Shown here: one piece after another, positions 1 through 9,236 of the stretch
Numbering within the stretch: position 1 is the first letter of the stretch
Layout of the letters: every line of letters begins with the position of its first letter
Source of the DNA: Candidatus Heimdallarchaeota archaeon
Lineage (GTDB): Archaea > Asgardarchaeota > Heimdallarchaeia > Hodarchaeales > Hodarchaeaceae
Reading direction: 5' to 3'
NCBI GenBank assembly: GCA_019057635.1
Contig: DXJL01000053.1
Span: 1-17,582, forward strand
DNA: 17,582 nucleotides
Notes under the pieces: model-generated
Database searches by the model: none
What the model saw: only the letters and a program-made list of their open reading frames with translations
What the model was told of the DNA's origin: nothing
Program-made: the position numbers and the translations under genes

Positions 1-2502
1 GTTAAATATGGTTATATGGCGGATTTTGTTCAAGAATTAACAGTAATTCTTAGTAACGGTGAAGAGATTATAGCTCGGCCTGTAGAGATTGGTTCAAAAG
101 AATACAATGATATTATTTCCCAAGATACTCTAGAAGCTAAATTATACAAATCCACAGTAGAAATGGTTGATAACCCTGATACTCAAGCACTTATTGCAAA
201 ACATTGGCCCAAGGTTAAAATGAATGTTAGTGGGTATAATCTTAAAGATGTTGTAAAGGATAATATGATTGATCTATCACGATTGTTTTTGGGGTCAGAA
301 GGAACTTTAGGAATTGTTGTTGAGGCAAAAATTAAGTTTATCCCCAAACCCAAACAAATGACCTTGATAGTAATGGATTTCGATTCATTAGCTAAATCTG
401 GAAGAGCAGTTGAATTACTGGTAAGGAAAGTTGGAGTAGCTGCAATTGAACAATTAGGGAAAAGTGTTCTTGAAATCGCCGTGGAAATGAGTCCTGCACT
501 AAAAGAGTTTATCCCTGAAGGCGTAGATAACATTCTTTATGTTGAATTTGATGATGAGGACCCAACAGTTCGAACTGCCAAAGTAAAACAAGCGCGTGAA
601 TTAATAATTGACCAAGAAAAGTTAGCTTTAGATATGCGGTTTTCTGATGATCCAGTAGAGCAAGCAAGCCTCTGGAAAGTGAGAAAAGATGCAGTTCCAC
701 TACTACAAAAGGTACGGGAACCTCGTCGTATCATGGCATTTGTAGAAGATCAAACTGTGCCTCTAGAGCAATTAGGTAACTATATGGTCCATTTAAGAGA
801 AGAAGTTTTTCCAAAATATGGCTTAAAAGCTGCAATTTATGGTCATGCTGCAAAGGGGCTTATCCATACAAGACCATTCGTCAATACTAAAGATGCAAAT
901 GACCTCGAACTTATTAAGAAAGTCGCGGATGAGGTCAATTCGTATGTGATCGGTATTGGTGGATCAATATCGGGTGAACATAACGATGGTCTAGATCGTG
1001 TTAATTATATCAAACAAATGTATGGAGAAGAAGTCTACAACAAATTCAGGGAAATTAAGAATCTATATGATCCTGCCGTAACCTTCAATCCCGATAATAA
1101 GATTACTGATAAAGAAGATCTATTGATCAGTAACTTGCGGTTTGGCGCCGATTATTCTGTAATTCCAGGATTAAAAACGAACTTAGTCTGGGACGACAAA
1201 TGGGGCTTTGAGGAGGTTATTGAATCCTGCCACGGTTGCGGGAAATGTACAGTGGATCTTCTTCCTCAAAGAGATTGTCCTATTTATCGTGCTAAAAAGG
1301 AAACTACTGGCGAACTCGCTTCTCCTAGAGGGCGTGCAAACCTAATGCGTGGAATTATCTCAGGACAATTGGATTATAATGTATTACGCACAAAGGAAGC
1401 GAGACAAATCCTAGAAGACTGTGCAGGATGTATGATGTGTAATATCGATTGTCCTTCTGGTGTCAATATTCCCAAAGTCATGTTTGACGCGAAGATTATG
1501 CATTATGGAGGTTCTAAGTGGCCTTTCATTGGGAAAATTCCCAAGGGACATTACTTCGCAGGAAATTATGAAACAATTGCAAAAATTGGAAGTACTTTCT
1601 CCCCTCTGTCAAATCTTGGTCTGTGGGGGCCCAATAAATACCTGATGCAACTCTTTGGGGGTGTACACCGCAAAGCTAATTTTCCGAACTTTACTAGAAA
1701 TACTTTTCAAAAATGGTTCAAAAAACATACAAAGAAAAATCCTGCTCCTACAAACCCTACTAAAAAAGTAGCAATATTCCATGGATGTTTTGCTAATTAT
1801 ACAGAGAATAGAGATATAGCAGTAGCCCACGTCCAAGTCCTCGAAAAGAATGGGATTGAAGTCGTAGTACCTAAAGGACAAAATTGTTGTGGAATTCCTT
1901 TACTTTCGAATGGTCTCGGGCATGTCGCACAGAAGAAGGGTAAAAATAACGCAAAAATTTTCGCAGAATACGTAAAACAAGGTTATGACGTTGTTACTCA
2001 ATGTAGTTCTTGTTATGCTACCCTAAAAGACGAGCTCCATGAGACTCTTGTCGGGAATGAAGATTCAAAACTGGTAAGAGATAATACGTATCTATTCACC
2101 GATTATATCCTTAAACTGCGTGATGAAGGCAAACTGAATACTGATTTTAATGGTAACATGAAAACCAGTCTTCGCTTAGGTTATCATGAACCCTGCCACT
2201 TAATAAGCAGTGGTAAAAAAGGTACTTCAATTAAAATGCTGCAAAGTTTAGGAACAGTCGATGTTGAAGCTCTTAAGACAGAATGTTGTGGACAGTTGGG
2301 TAGTTGGGCATTCAAAACAAAGAATTATAAATATGGGCAAATAGTTGCAGAACGATCATTATATCCAGAGGCTAAGCGAGAAGATATCGATGCGTTAGTT
2401 ACTGATTGTCCGACGTGTAAATTACAATTGTTAAATGTTGACAAAGAAGTTTACCATCCCACACAAATTCTTAGGGATGCATACGGATTAGATAGATCTT
2501 AG
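1..2502 (+). CDS. FAD-binding/4Fe-4S/CCG-domain oxidoreductase (GlcD-GlpC fusion, D-2-hydroxyacid dehydrogenase-like), 5'-truncated by the window edge
   Basis: Frame is open from base 1 (VKYGYMADFV resembles the end of the FAD-binding domain), so ATG 16 is probably internal. Motifs: GSEGTLG, YGHAAKGLIHTRP, GEHNDG (FAD-oxidase C-terminus); CHGCGKC...CP and CAGCMMCNIDCP (4Fe-4S); two CCG domains (NCCG...CSSC, ECCG...CPTC). Confidence 0.9.
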   Translation, partial: VKYGYMADFVQELTVILSNGEEIIARPVEIGSKEYNDIISQDTLEAKLYKSTVEMVDNPDTQALIAKHWPKVKMNVSGYNLKDVVKDNMIDLSRLFLGSEGTLGIVVEAKIKFIPKPKQMTLIVMDFDSLAKSGRAVELLVRKVGVAAIEQLGKSVLEIAVEMSPALKEFIPEGVDNILYVEFDDEDPTVRTAKVKQARELIIDQEKLALDMRFSDDPVEQASLWKVRKDAVPLLQKVREPRRIMAFVEDQTVPLEQLGNYMVHLREEVFPKYGLKAAIYGHAAKGLIHTRPFVNTKDANDLELIKKVADEVNSYVIGIGGSISGEHNDGLDRVNYIKQMYGEEVYNKFREIKNLYDPAVTFNPDNKITDKEDLLISNLRFGADYSVIPGLKTNLVWDDKWGFEEVIESCHGCGKCTVDLLPQRDCPIYRAKKETTGELASPRGRANLMRGIISGQLDYNVLRTKEARQILEDCAGCMMCNIDCPSGVNIPKVMFDAKIMHYGGSKWPFIGKIPKGHYFAGNYETIAKIGSTFSPLSNLGLWGPNKYLMQLFGGVHRKANFPNFTRNTFQKWFKKHTKKNPAPTNPTKKVAIFHGCFANYTENRDIAVAHVQVLEKNGIEVVVPKGQNCCGIPLLSNGLGHVAQKKGKNNAKIFAEYVKQGYDVVTQCSSCYATLKDELHETLVGNEDSKLVRDNTYLFTDYILKLRDEGKLNTDFNGNMKTSLRLGYHEPCHLISSGKKGTSIKMLQSLGTVDVEALKTECCGQLGSWAFKTKNYKYGQIVAERSLYPEAKREDIDALVTDCPTCKLQLLNVDKEVYHPTQILRDAYGLDRS

Positions 2503-2695
2503 TTAAAGATTTACCTAATTTCCTTATTCTTCATTTATTTAGTCGGAATCGATGCAATGAGTTTTAAATTTAAGATGAATTAGCCCTTCGTCAAACTGTG
2601 ATTATAATTGTTAAAGCTAGCTTTCGACCAAAAGTTTTGTTTAATCAAAACATTTTTCGACATTTTACGTTATATTTTGTTAATTCTACGTCCTG

Positions 2696-3091
2696 TTAGG
2701 TCTTAGTGATCTTTCTCAGTATTGAAATAATTTTTGTGCGGTCAAAATATACTTCATTTCTTATTATCTTTCCTTTCTTCATTTCAACGATGTCCATTCC
2801 ATACTCTAACACCTCTTCTTCACCTACAGGTATTCTTGCTTTCCATTTTATGATGAATCCCTTGGTAGTCGGATATAGTTCCTCTTCCTCCCATCTCCAA
2901 TTTGGATTAGATGCTAACAATTTCTTGAAGTATGGCAAAATTTCTCTATGGCCTTTTAACGCGTGTATATTCGCAGGATCTCGATAAAAAGCATGTTCAT
3001 CATAATATTTAATTAATTCAGAAGGGTTGTTTCCAGTCCAAGCACTAAGCCAATCCCTACAAAAACTTACCAAATCTTGATTAACATTCAA
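2696..3091 (-). CDS. SnoaL-like / NTF2-family protein
   Basis: 131 aa, TTG start; WLSAW...YYDEHAFYRDP...GHREILPYF...GMDIVEMKKGKIIRNEVYFD is the typical SnoaL-like pattern. Confidence 0.8.
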   Translation of the reverse strand: MNVNQDLVSFCRDWLSAWTGNNPSELIKYYDEHAFYRDPANIHALKGHREILPYFKKLLASNPNWRWEEEELYPTTKGFIIKWKARIPVGEEEVLEYGMDIVEMKKGKIIRNEVYFDRTKIISILRKITKT

Positions 3092-3135
3092 GTTAAATCA
3101 CACGATTTAAGATCATATTTTCATTTTTACAGTAT

Positions 3136-3282
3136 TCAAATGGCAAATTTATATTTTGTTCCATGGTCAGAAACGCCGTCAAATCTTAATTTGATGAAAA
3201 TCAGCTTCACCAATAATTGATATAATATGGTAGTCTTCCCGATATTTCTTCTTCCGACAATATTTATGTGATTTTTGAGAAA
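3136..3282 (-). pseudogene. Start-less remnant of a P-loop NTPase, possibly a small GTPase
   Basis: Manual translation: *FLKNHINIVGRRNIGKTTILYQLLVKLIFIKLRFDGVSDHGTKYKFAI*. Walker A GRRNIGKT at 3255-3232 follows a hydrophobic strand; no start codon precedes it. Confidence 0.5.
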
Positions 3283-3392
3283 TTAGCAATTCTCTGGATA
3301 TTAAAAAATCTTTTCTTAATTGTATAGATTTAGTCTGAACCACTTGAAAGTGTCATAAGAACTTCTGAAATCGATATAAAAGTTCTATAATC

Positions 3393-3653
3393 ATGATTGA
3401 TCCAGTTACAAAAGCATTCAAGAAACAATATCTTAATGATAGAAACAAAGTTCTGAAAATTTTAGTTAGTCGCTTTGTTGCTGATGAAATCGTAAATAAG
3501 GAGTCTCAGCATGACAGGATTCAAATATTAATTACTCCTGATGGACAAAAGCAAGTATTTTACGACGAGAATACTATTTATAAAGCATTTGTAAAATTAA
3601 GGAATGGAATTGAAAAGAAGGGGAAGGGATTTATTCTAATGAATCAATTATAG
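3393..3653 (+). CDS. Hypothetical protein (86 aa)
   Basis: ATG-started ORF with protein-like composition and no overlap with other genes; no recognisable motif. Confidence 0.5.
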   Translation: MIDPVTKAFKKQYLNDRNKVLKILVSRFVADEIVNKESQHDRIQILITPDGQKQVFYDENTIYKAFVKLRNGIEKKGKGFILMNQL

Positions 3654-3701
3654 TAACAAAGGAATGGGGAAAGTCGTAAATTGAATAATTGAGGAAGAAA
3701 A

Positions 3702-3830
3702 ATGAGAGAATTCACTTATAACCATAATCTAAGCGTCTTTTCCCTAAATAGTCTCCAATATGAGCCTTGTCCAAGTGGAAGTCGTAAAAAGTATAAGATA
3801 TGTTGCGGAAAACATAGATACTTGTATTAA
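3702..3830 (+). CDS. 42-aa microprotein (or gene remnant) with a degenerate SEC-C motif
   Basis: Manual translation MREFTYNHNLSVFSLNSLQYEPCPSGSRKKYKICCGKHRYLY*, compared with SEC-C consensus NDPCPCGSGKKYKKCCG; GAGGA at 3691-3695 upstream of the ATG. Confidence 0.55.
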   Translation: MREFTYNHNLSVFSLNSLQYEPCPSGSRKKYKICCGKHRYLY

Positions 3831-3892
3831 AAAACAATAAATAAATCTAGTGGGGAAAAGAATTCTCTCATTGGTTATTTGAAGGTAGTATA

Positions 3893-4717
3893 ATGCCTAA
3901 GAAAAAAGTAGAAGAAATCTTTGATAAATATGCGGAGGGATACTCTACGGGTGAATTTAAGCCCTCCAGATATGATGAGGTAGCGAGGACTGCAATGAGT
4001 TTTGCAGATGATATCACCTGGCATTATCTTCAAAAGTACGCTCCAAGAGATACAAACGCATTAATTCTTGACGCGGGTGGTGGTGACGGATATTGGGCTC
4101 AGAAATTCATTGAATTGGATTATAGGAACATTGTGATATCAGATCTCTCCCAGGGCATGTTAGATGAAGCAAAAAAACGGCTGGGGAAGCTTTCGCTAAA
4201 ACATAATGCCCAATTCATTAAAGCAGATATTACTGACATGAAGGATTCTTTCCAAGATAACACCTTTGATTATGTTTTTTCTCAATATGACGCAGTTTCA
4301 TTGTGCATGGCCCCACAAAATGCAATGCTAGAATTAGGAAGAGTAGCCAAGCGAGGGACCTATATTGTTGTGTCATTGGATACTAAGTTTAGAAGAGTCC
4401 CTGAATTCATTGAAGCGAAACAAATAGAAGCAGCTCGAAAACTTCTTCGTACAAATGTGTCTGTTGAATTTGGATTTCCACAATACAATTTGACTTGGGA
4501 GGAACTGGCTAAATATTTTGAGTATACAGGCCTAGAAGTAGTTGAAGTCGTTGGTGCACCAGTGTTTCTGCACCAAGTAGATGAGAAAGTGATGCAAGAG
4601 CTAGAAAAAGATCCTGAGGTGAGAAAAGAACTTCTAAAGGTTGAACTGGAATACTGTACAACTAAATCACTCATAAATTTCGCGGGACACCTTCAAATGA
4701 TTGGAAAGAAGAAATAG
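3893..4717 (+). CDS. Class I SAM-dependent methyltransferase
   Basis: Motif I ILDAGGGDG, ISDLSQGML, ADITDM, DNTFDYVF, ELGRVAKRG. Confidence 0.9.
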   Translation: MPKKKVEEIFDKYAEGYSTGEFKPSRYDEVARTAMSFADDITWHYLQKYAPRDTNALILDAGGGDGYWAQKFIELDYRNIVISDLSQGMLDEAKKRLGKLSLKHNAQFIKADITDMKDSFQDNTFDYVFSQYDAVSLCMAPQNAMLELGRVAKRGTYIVVSLDTKFRRVPEFIEAKQIEAARKLLRTNVSVEFGFPQYNLTWEELAKYFEYTGLEVVEVVGAPVFLHQVDEKVMQELEKDPEVRKELLKVELEYCTTKSLINFAGHLQMIGKKK

Positions 4718-4735
4718 AGTTTTTCCCATAACTAA

Positions 4736-4870
4736 GATGATGATATTTGTTTGATCAAAACAAGGTCAGATGATTCTGATAGTGGAGGAACCTCTGGATT
4801 TAGTATTTTATTAGTAGGGTTCAGTTTAAGCGCTATAGCGGTACCAGTTATGTTTCGACGAAGAAAATGA
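4736..4870 (+). pseudogene. Orphan C-terminal fragment of a surface protein with a PGF-CTERM-like sorting signal
   Basis: Manual translation after in-frame TAA (4733-4735): DDDICLIKTRSDDSDSGGTSGFSILLVGFSLSAIAVPVMFRRRK*, i.e. Ser/Asp/Gly linker, TSGF, hydrophobic helix and basic tail. Confidence 0.65.
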
Positions 4871-5212
4871 CAAATTCTATACGAGAAATAACTTATGCTT
4901 TTGAGTAAAGGTCGGGGTATCCTTAAGATACATATGTCAATATTTTAGAATTAGAACATCGCAAAAAAGCAATCTTTTAATCATCTTATTGTTTCCTTAC
5001 TCGCTTTTGTTAAGAATGAAAGATAGATATTCCTTTGGTAAAACTAGAATCTCAGAAATAGTCTAATAGGATGGTTAATTTTTAATGAAAATGGGAAATA
5101 CTAAAGTTCTTCAAAAGCCAGCTTTCAGAATTCTAATCCGAGTTTGACGAACTTTACAAAGAAAATTTCAAATAACTTACTTTCACCATAGTTCCGTGCG
5201 ACTCTCCTCTTG

Positions 5213-6160
5213 TTATAACTTTGGTATTAATGGTACCGTCCGTGTGTAAGCTGATGATTGATAGTAATAGTTTACTTTATTGATCGCTTTTGAAGAGAGT
5301 CCAGTATCCTCTGCAATTTGTTTCACAGAAAATCCAGATACTATTCGTATTAGGATACGATCAACCTCATCAGCGGAAAGATTAAAGAAATATTTGTAGC
5401 TTGGAGGGCGTGGAGCTACTTTGGAAGTTAAAAACTCTTGAAGACCAAGATGGTTAGCAAGTTGAATGACTTGAGTTCGATAGAGACTGGCTAAAGGTAA
5501 AAAATCTGCCGCATGATATGTTCCAAACTTAGTGAATAACCCTAGAAGCCATTCGGTTTTATTTACAGACCCAAGAAATGATCGATTTTCAGTTTCAGCT
5601 AGGAGAAATGCAAGAAGCACTCGTAACCGAATCTGACTCTTATAATGGGCAATAGCTCTTTGAATAAATTTTTCTCTTTGCGTCGATGGCTTTTTCAAGG
5701 GAGCAGCGTAAGTTTTTTCCTCCATTTCTTGTCGAACCATACCTCGTAATAAGAAATAACTTAAATTATAATTTAAGGATGGAATCGGGTCAGAAACAGC
5801 GATTCCCGCTTTTAGGCCATATCTTCCAGAAAACACATCACTGATCTCTTTGAGGATATTTTCTTGGTTGACAAATACAATATTCTCTTCTGGAAGATTT
5901 AAATACCGATTTATTGCCTCTAGACTCATTTGTTCCCTAGGTTGTTTGTTAAGAAGTCTTCCTTTTGTAACTACTAGCTTCACATTATTCCTTCCTACAG
6001 CTTCAATAGCAAGGTGGACATTTGTGATTGACTCTACACAGTATTTGTATAAAACTAGTAGTCCATCGATCTCTCTTTTTTCCAAAGTAGAACGAATGAA
6101 CGTCACAATCTTTGATTTGGTTTCAGAAGCATCAATTCTTAGCATATCATCTAAGTTCAT
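5213..6160 (-). CDS. NAD+ synthetase (NadE)-like paralogue with degenerate ATP-binding PP-loop
   Basis: NadE C-terminal signature GSVNKTEWLLGLFTKFG...ADFLPLASLYRTQVIQLANHLGL is retained, but SGGxDS is replaced by LYKYCVES. Start placed at ATG 6160 (MNLDDML) behind GGAGA, rather than 6223. Confidence 0.8.
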   Translation of the reverse strand: MNLDDMLRIDASETKSKIVTFIRSTLEKREIDGLLVLYKYCVESITNVHLAIEAVGRNNVKLVVTKGRLLNKQPREQMSLEAINRYLNLPEENIVFVNQENILKEISDVFSGRYGLKAGIAVSDPIPSLNYNLSYFLLRGMVRQEMEEKTYAAPLKKPSTQREKFIQRAIAHYKSQIRLRVLLAFLLAETENRSFLGSVNKTEWLLGLFTKFGTYHAADFLPLASLYRTQVIQLANHLGLQEFLTSKVAPRPPSYKYFFNLSADEVDRILIRIVSGFSVKQIAEDTGLSSKAINKVNYYYQSSAYTRTVPLIPKL

Positions 6161-6640
6161 TTTTTCTTCTCCATGATAAATTAATATAGCACCTTTTTTT
6201 ACTTCACTATTGATGATATGCACGAGATGGTTTTTCTCAACATCAACCAGATTATTAAGTTTCCAAATAACTCATTTTAGATTGATTCAGTCTTGTTTAA
6301 CGAATTAGGTTTTACCCTTGATACAAAGTTTCAACCTTTTTGTATCCCGAGTTTTAAGTATAATTAATAGTAACGGCCTCTTTTCTACAGCTATAAGAAG
6401 ATTCATTGTTACTTATCCCTTCAGATTAAGGCAAGTTAAGGTAATATAAGTAAGTAAATATCGTTGACTAAAAAAGATTGTCAATTCTGAATGTTTTTAA
6501 AGAAAATTATACACACCTTGATTTAAATGTATAGTGTTTGATCACTCTCCAATCTCTTCGTATCAAAGACTCGTCCCACTAATCCAAAACATTGAATGAA
6601 TATTTTGAGAAAGAAGATATCGAAATTTGGTGAAATAAAA

Positions 6641-7978
6641 ATGGTTTCAGTACCAGAATTGCTTATAATTCTTATCTTCGCCTTAACCCTTCTATTAATC
6701 ATTTCAGAGCGTGTTCATAAAACATTAGCAGCGATGATGGGTGCTGGATTTGCTCTGCTTATCGCAATAATCCCTGATAGTTATGGTGAGGTTCTAATCC
6801 CTGATGTAGAACATCTACTTGAGCTCTTAGAAGTTGATCTACTTTTAGTAATTATTGGTATTACTCTCATGGTTGGAGTTGCAAGAACGACAGGAATATT
6901 TGACTATATAGCAATAGTTGTTTTAAAAAAAAGTGGAGACAATCAATATAAACTACTATTTGCGTTATGCGTTTTAACATTAATCTTTTCTGCATTGTTA
7001 GATGCATATATGGCAATATTATTAATCGGATCAATCACGATAGTTGGATGTGAGGCACTAAACATTAATCCAAAACCCTTTATCTTAGGAGAAGCAATTT
7101 TTGCCGATCTTGGAGGAACAATGACTCGCATAGCATCCCCTCCCAATCTCATTATTGGCGGTCATTTCGATATAGGTTTTGTTGAGTTCTTTATATTAAC
7201 AGCACCCTTTGTGTTCATCACTGGGATCCTAACATACATATTTTGGGTTTTTCTGTTTAGAAAAGATTTTTCGAAAAAGATATCTAGAAGAAACTATGAA
7301 GAAATTCTTCTTATTGATGAAAAATTGGTTGTAAATAATCAGAGGGATTTTAATATCGCGATAATTGTACTAATTCTGACAGTATTTTGTTTTGCAATCG
7401 CATCATTCTTACCTTTTAAGATTGAATTGGGGTATATTGCGATCGCAGGTGGTTTTGTAATGCTTGGACTCATTGGTGAAAGCGTGGATCAAGCTTTAGA
7501 AAAAGTTGAATGGTCTTTAGTTTTTTTTATGATCGGTCTTCTTACAGTTGTGGGCGTTGCAGAGAAAATTGGTATCTTGGAAATTCTAGCTGCACCAATT
7601 GAATTCTTCTGTGAAATAAATCTTCTAGGAGGGATTATCGCTCTGCAATGGATCAATGCTCTAGCATCAGCCGTATTAGACAACATTCCTGTGGCTTCTG
7701 TCATGACTAATGTTATGGATACATTATTGGAGGATTATCCTGCTCTTCACTTTAACCCACTTTTAGTATCTGTCGTTATTGGGACGAATTTGGGTGGAAA
7801 TATCACACCGATCGGGTCAGCTTCGACCGTTCAAGCAGTATCTTCACTAAACCGTCTAGATAATCCACAATTTAGAGTTACATTCTTGGAGTTTGTGAAA
7901 TATGGAGGCATAACATCTTTTTTACAATTACTTATTGGAACCTTTTACATTATTGGTTTATGGTTACTTTCAATTTAA
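6641..7978 (+). CDS. ArsB/NhaD/SLC13-type (ion transporter superfamily) permease
   Basis: Multi-helix hydrophobic protein with twin hairpin motifs SALLDAY...ADLGGTMTRIASPPNLII and SAVLDNIP...TNLGGNITPIGSAST. Start placed at ATG 6641 behind GGTGA (ORF track start 6596). Confidence 0.88.
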   Translation: MVSVPELLIILIFALTLLLIISERVHKTLAAMMGAGFALLIAIIPDSYGEVLIPDVEHLLELLEVDLLLVIIGITLMVGVARTTGIFDYIAIVVLKKSGDNQYKLLFALCVLTLIFSALLDAYMAILLIGSITIVGCEALNINPKPFILGEAIFADLGGTMTRIASPPNLIIGGHFDIGFVEFFILTAPFVFITGILTYIFWVFLFRKDFSKKISRRNYEEILLIDEKLVVNNQRDFNIAIIVLILTVFCFAIASFLPFKIELGYIAIAGGFVMLGLIGESVDQALEKVEWSLVFFMIGLLTVVGVAEKIGILEILAAPIEFFCEINLLGGIIALQWINALASAVLDNIPVASVMTNVMDTLLEDYPALHFNPLLVSVVIGTNLGGNITPIGSASTVQAVSSLNRLDNPQFRVTFLEFVKYGGITSFLQLLIGTFYIIGLWLLSI

Positions 7979-7997
7979 GGGCAAAAGAGGAACAAAA

Positions 7998-8900
7998 ATG
8001 GATGACTTTGAAAACTCAATCAAGAAATTCCAAGAAATCTTTAAAAAATCAAAGATTTCCGATGAAACAGATATCAAGAACATTCTATTAGTTCTTGATG
8101 AAACTAAAGATCGGGAGGATTTTATTTTTAATTTAGTTGAACAGTTGAATGAAAGGACGAATGCAAGCTTCATTTTCCTTCTAGCTGTTCGCGGATATCG
8201 ATCTCAAGCAAAAGCTGCGGATATAGATCTTGAAACACTTCCCGAATTAATAACTCGAATCAAAAAAAGGTTCTCAGGCGAAAAAGAACTATTTAATGTG
8301 GCTCTTATTCCTGATGACAAAGAAACACCTTTTAACCGGATGAAGGAAATCATCCAAAAAAGAAGAATAGATTTAATAGTAATTCCAACCCCTTTCACTT
8401 TATTTGCTCAAGAAGAAAAACAAGAAATGGCTAGCATAGGGACGACAGTAGATCAAGTCATAACAGAACATCTTCTCAAAAGGAGAATTCCAATTTATTT
8501 GGTAATAAAAGCCCAAAAAACACCTGTTAAAGATATTAAGGTGTTAATAAGAAGTTCAATTTTCCAGAATGATTTTCTTGGATGGTTAATCGCTCTGATC
8601 GAAGATAATGCGCAAATCGATGTCTTTTATTCGAGTTTAGTTGAAGAAAGAGAGTTGAAACGAATGGAGATTTACTTCAACATAATCAAGGAGAGACTTG
8701 AAGAAGATAATAGAAAAATAGAATTACGGCTCAATCAAGGCCCAATTTACCTGAAAGATTTCTGTTCTATTATAGAAAAAGAACCTGATTCTCTCATAGT
8801 GTTTCAAGCAATGACGAAAATCGAAAATGATGCTGAAATAATAACTACTTCGCTCTGCTTACAAAATACCAATGCATTAATTTTTCCCCCAACGGAATAG
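7998..8900 (+). CDS. Tandem universal-stress-protein (USP)-like protein
   Basis: IKNILLVLDE (USP first strand), IDLIVIP...IGTTVDQVI...IPIYLV (USP end), second unit starting VKDIKVLI. ATG 7998 behind GAGGA, 19 nt after the permease stop. Confidence 0.65.
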   Translation: MDDFENSIKKFQEIFKKSKISDETDIKNILLVLDETKDREDFIFNLVEQLNERTNASFIFLLAVRGYRSQAKAADIDLETLPELITRIKKRFSGEKELFNVALIPDDKETPFNRMKEIIQKRRIDLIVIPTPFTLFAQEEKQEMASIGTTVDQVITEHLLKRRIPIYLVIKAQKTPVKDIKVLIRSSIFQNDFLGWLIALIEDNAQIDVFYSSLVEERELKRMEIYFNIIKERLEEDNRKIELRLNQGPIYLKDFCSIIEKEPDSLIVFQAMTKIENDAEIITTSLCLQNTNALIFPPTE

Positions 8901-8950
8901 ATATTATATTATGTTAAATCTATCATTCTGAGGTTCAATGAACTATAGGA

Positions 8951-9115
8951 ATGGATGGACTCAGTGCCGATCCAGAACTATTTATTCGATCTATGGGGTC
9001 AAGAGGAAGTTTAGGTGGCTTATTTCGTGTCATGATGGATGTAATCAGAGTTCCTGACACTGCAGACTTTGATATAATCCTGGTAGAAACAGTTAGTAAG
9101 GGACTATTTGGATAA
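8951..9115 (+). pseudogene. meaB: Internal fragment of a MeaB/ArgK/MMAA-family GTPase
   Basis: Manual translation MDGLSADPELFIRSMGSRGSLGGLFRVMMDVIRVPDTADFDIILVETVSKGLFG* matches the MeaB core (DP.vFIRSm.tRG.LGGL...D.iiVETVGvGQ); no P-loop or C-terminus. Confidence 0.8.
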
Positions 9116-9236
9116 CTAATTTGTCTTGTTAGATACGCTACTTCATAGGAAGGGGTAAGAATACAACACATTTTTCAATTAAAAAATTAGGATTGAGCCT
9201 AGTTAACTGAAATCATTAAAGAATGGAGATTGTAAA

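Noticed and set aside
183-1881. Short ORFs 183-533, 509-700, 537-734, 1460-1645, 1609-1881
   Set aside because: Antisense or out-of-frame shadows inside the well-supported oxidoreductase; no motifs.
2636-4762. Near-identical 17-mers TTTGTTT(A/G)ATCAAAACA at 2636-2652 and 4746-4762
   Set aside because: Only two copies of low-complexity AT-rich sequence; compatible with chance.
2706-8398. Short ORFs 2706-2987, 4360-4674, 5850-6176, 6943-7152, 7489-7704, 7970-8173, 8204-8398
   Set aside because: Antisense shadows of supported genes.
8935-9171. 78-aa minus-strand ORF
   Set aside because: It is the antisense shadow of the plus-strand MeaB fragment.
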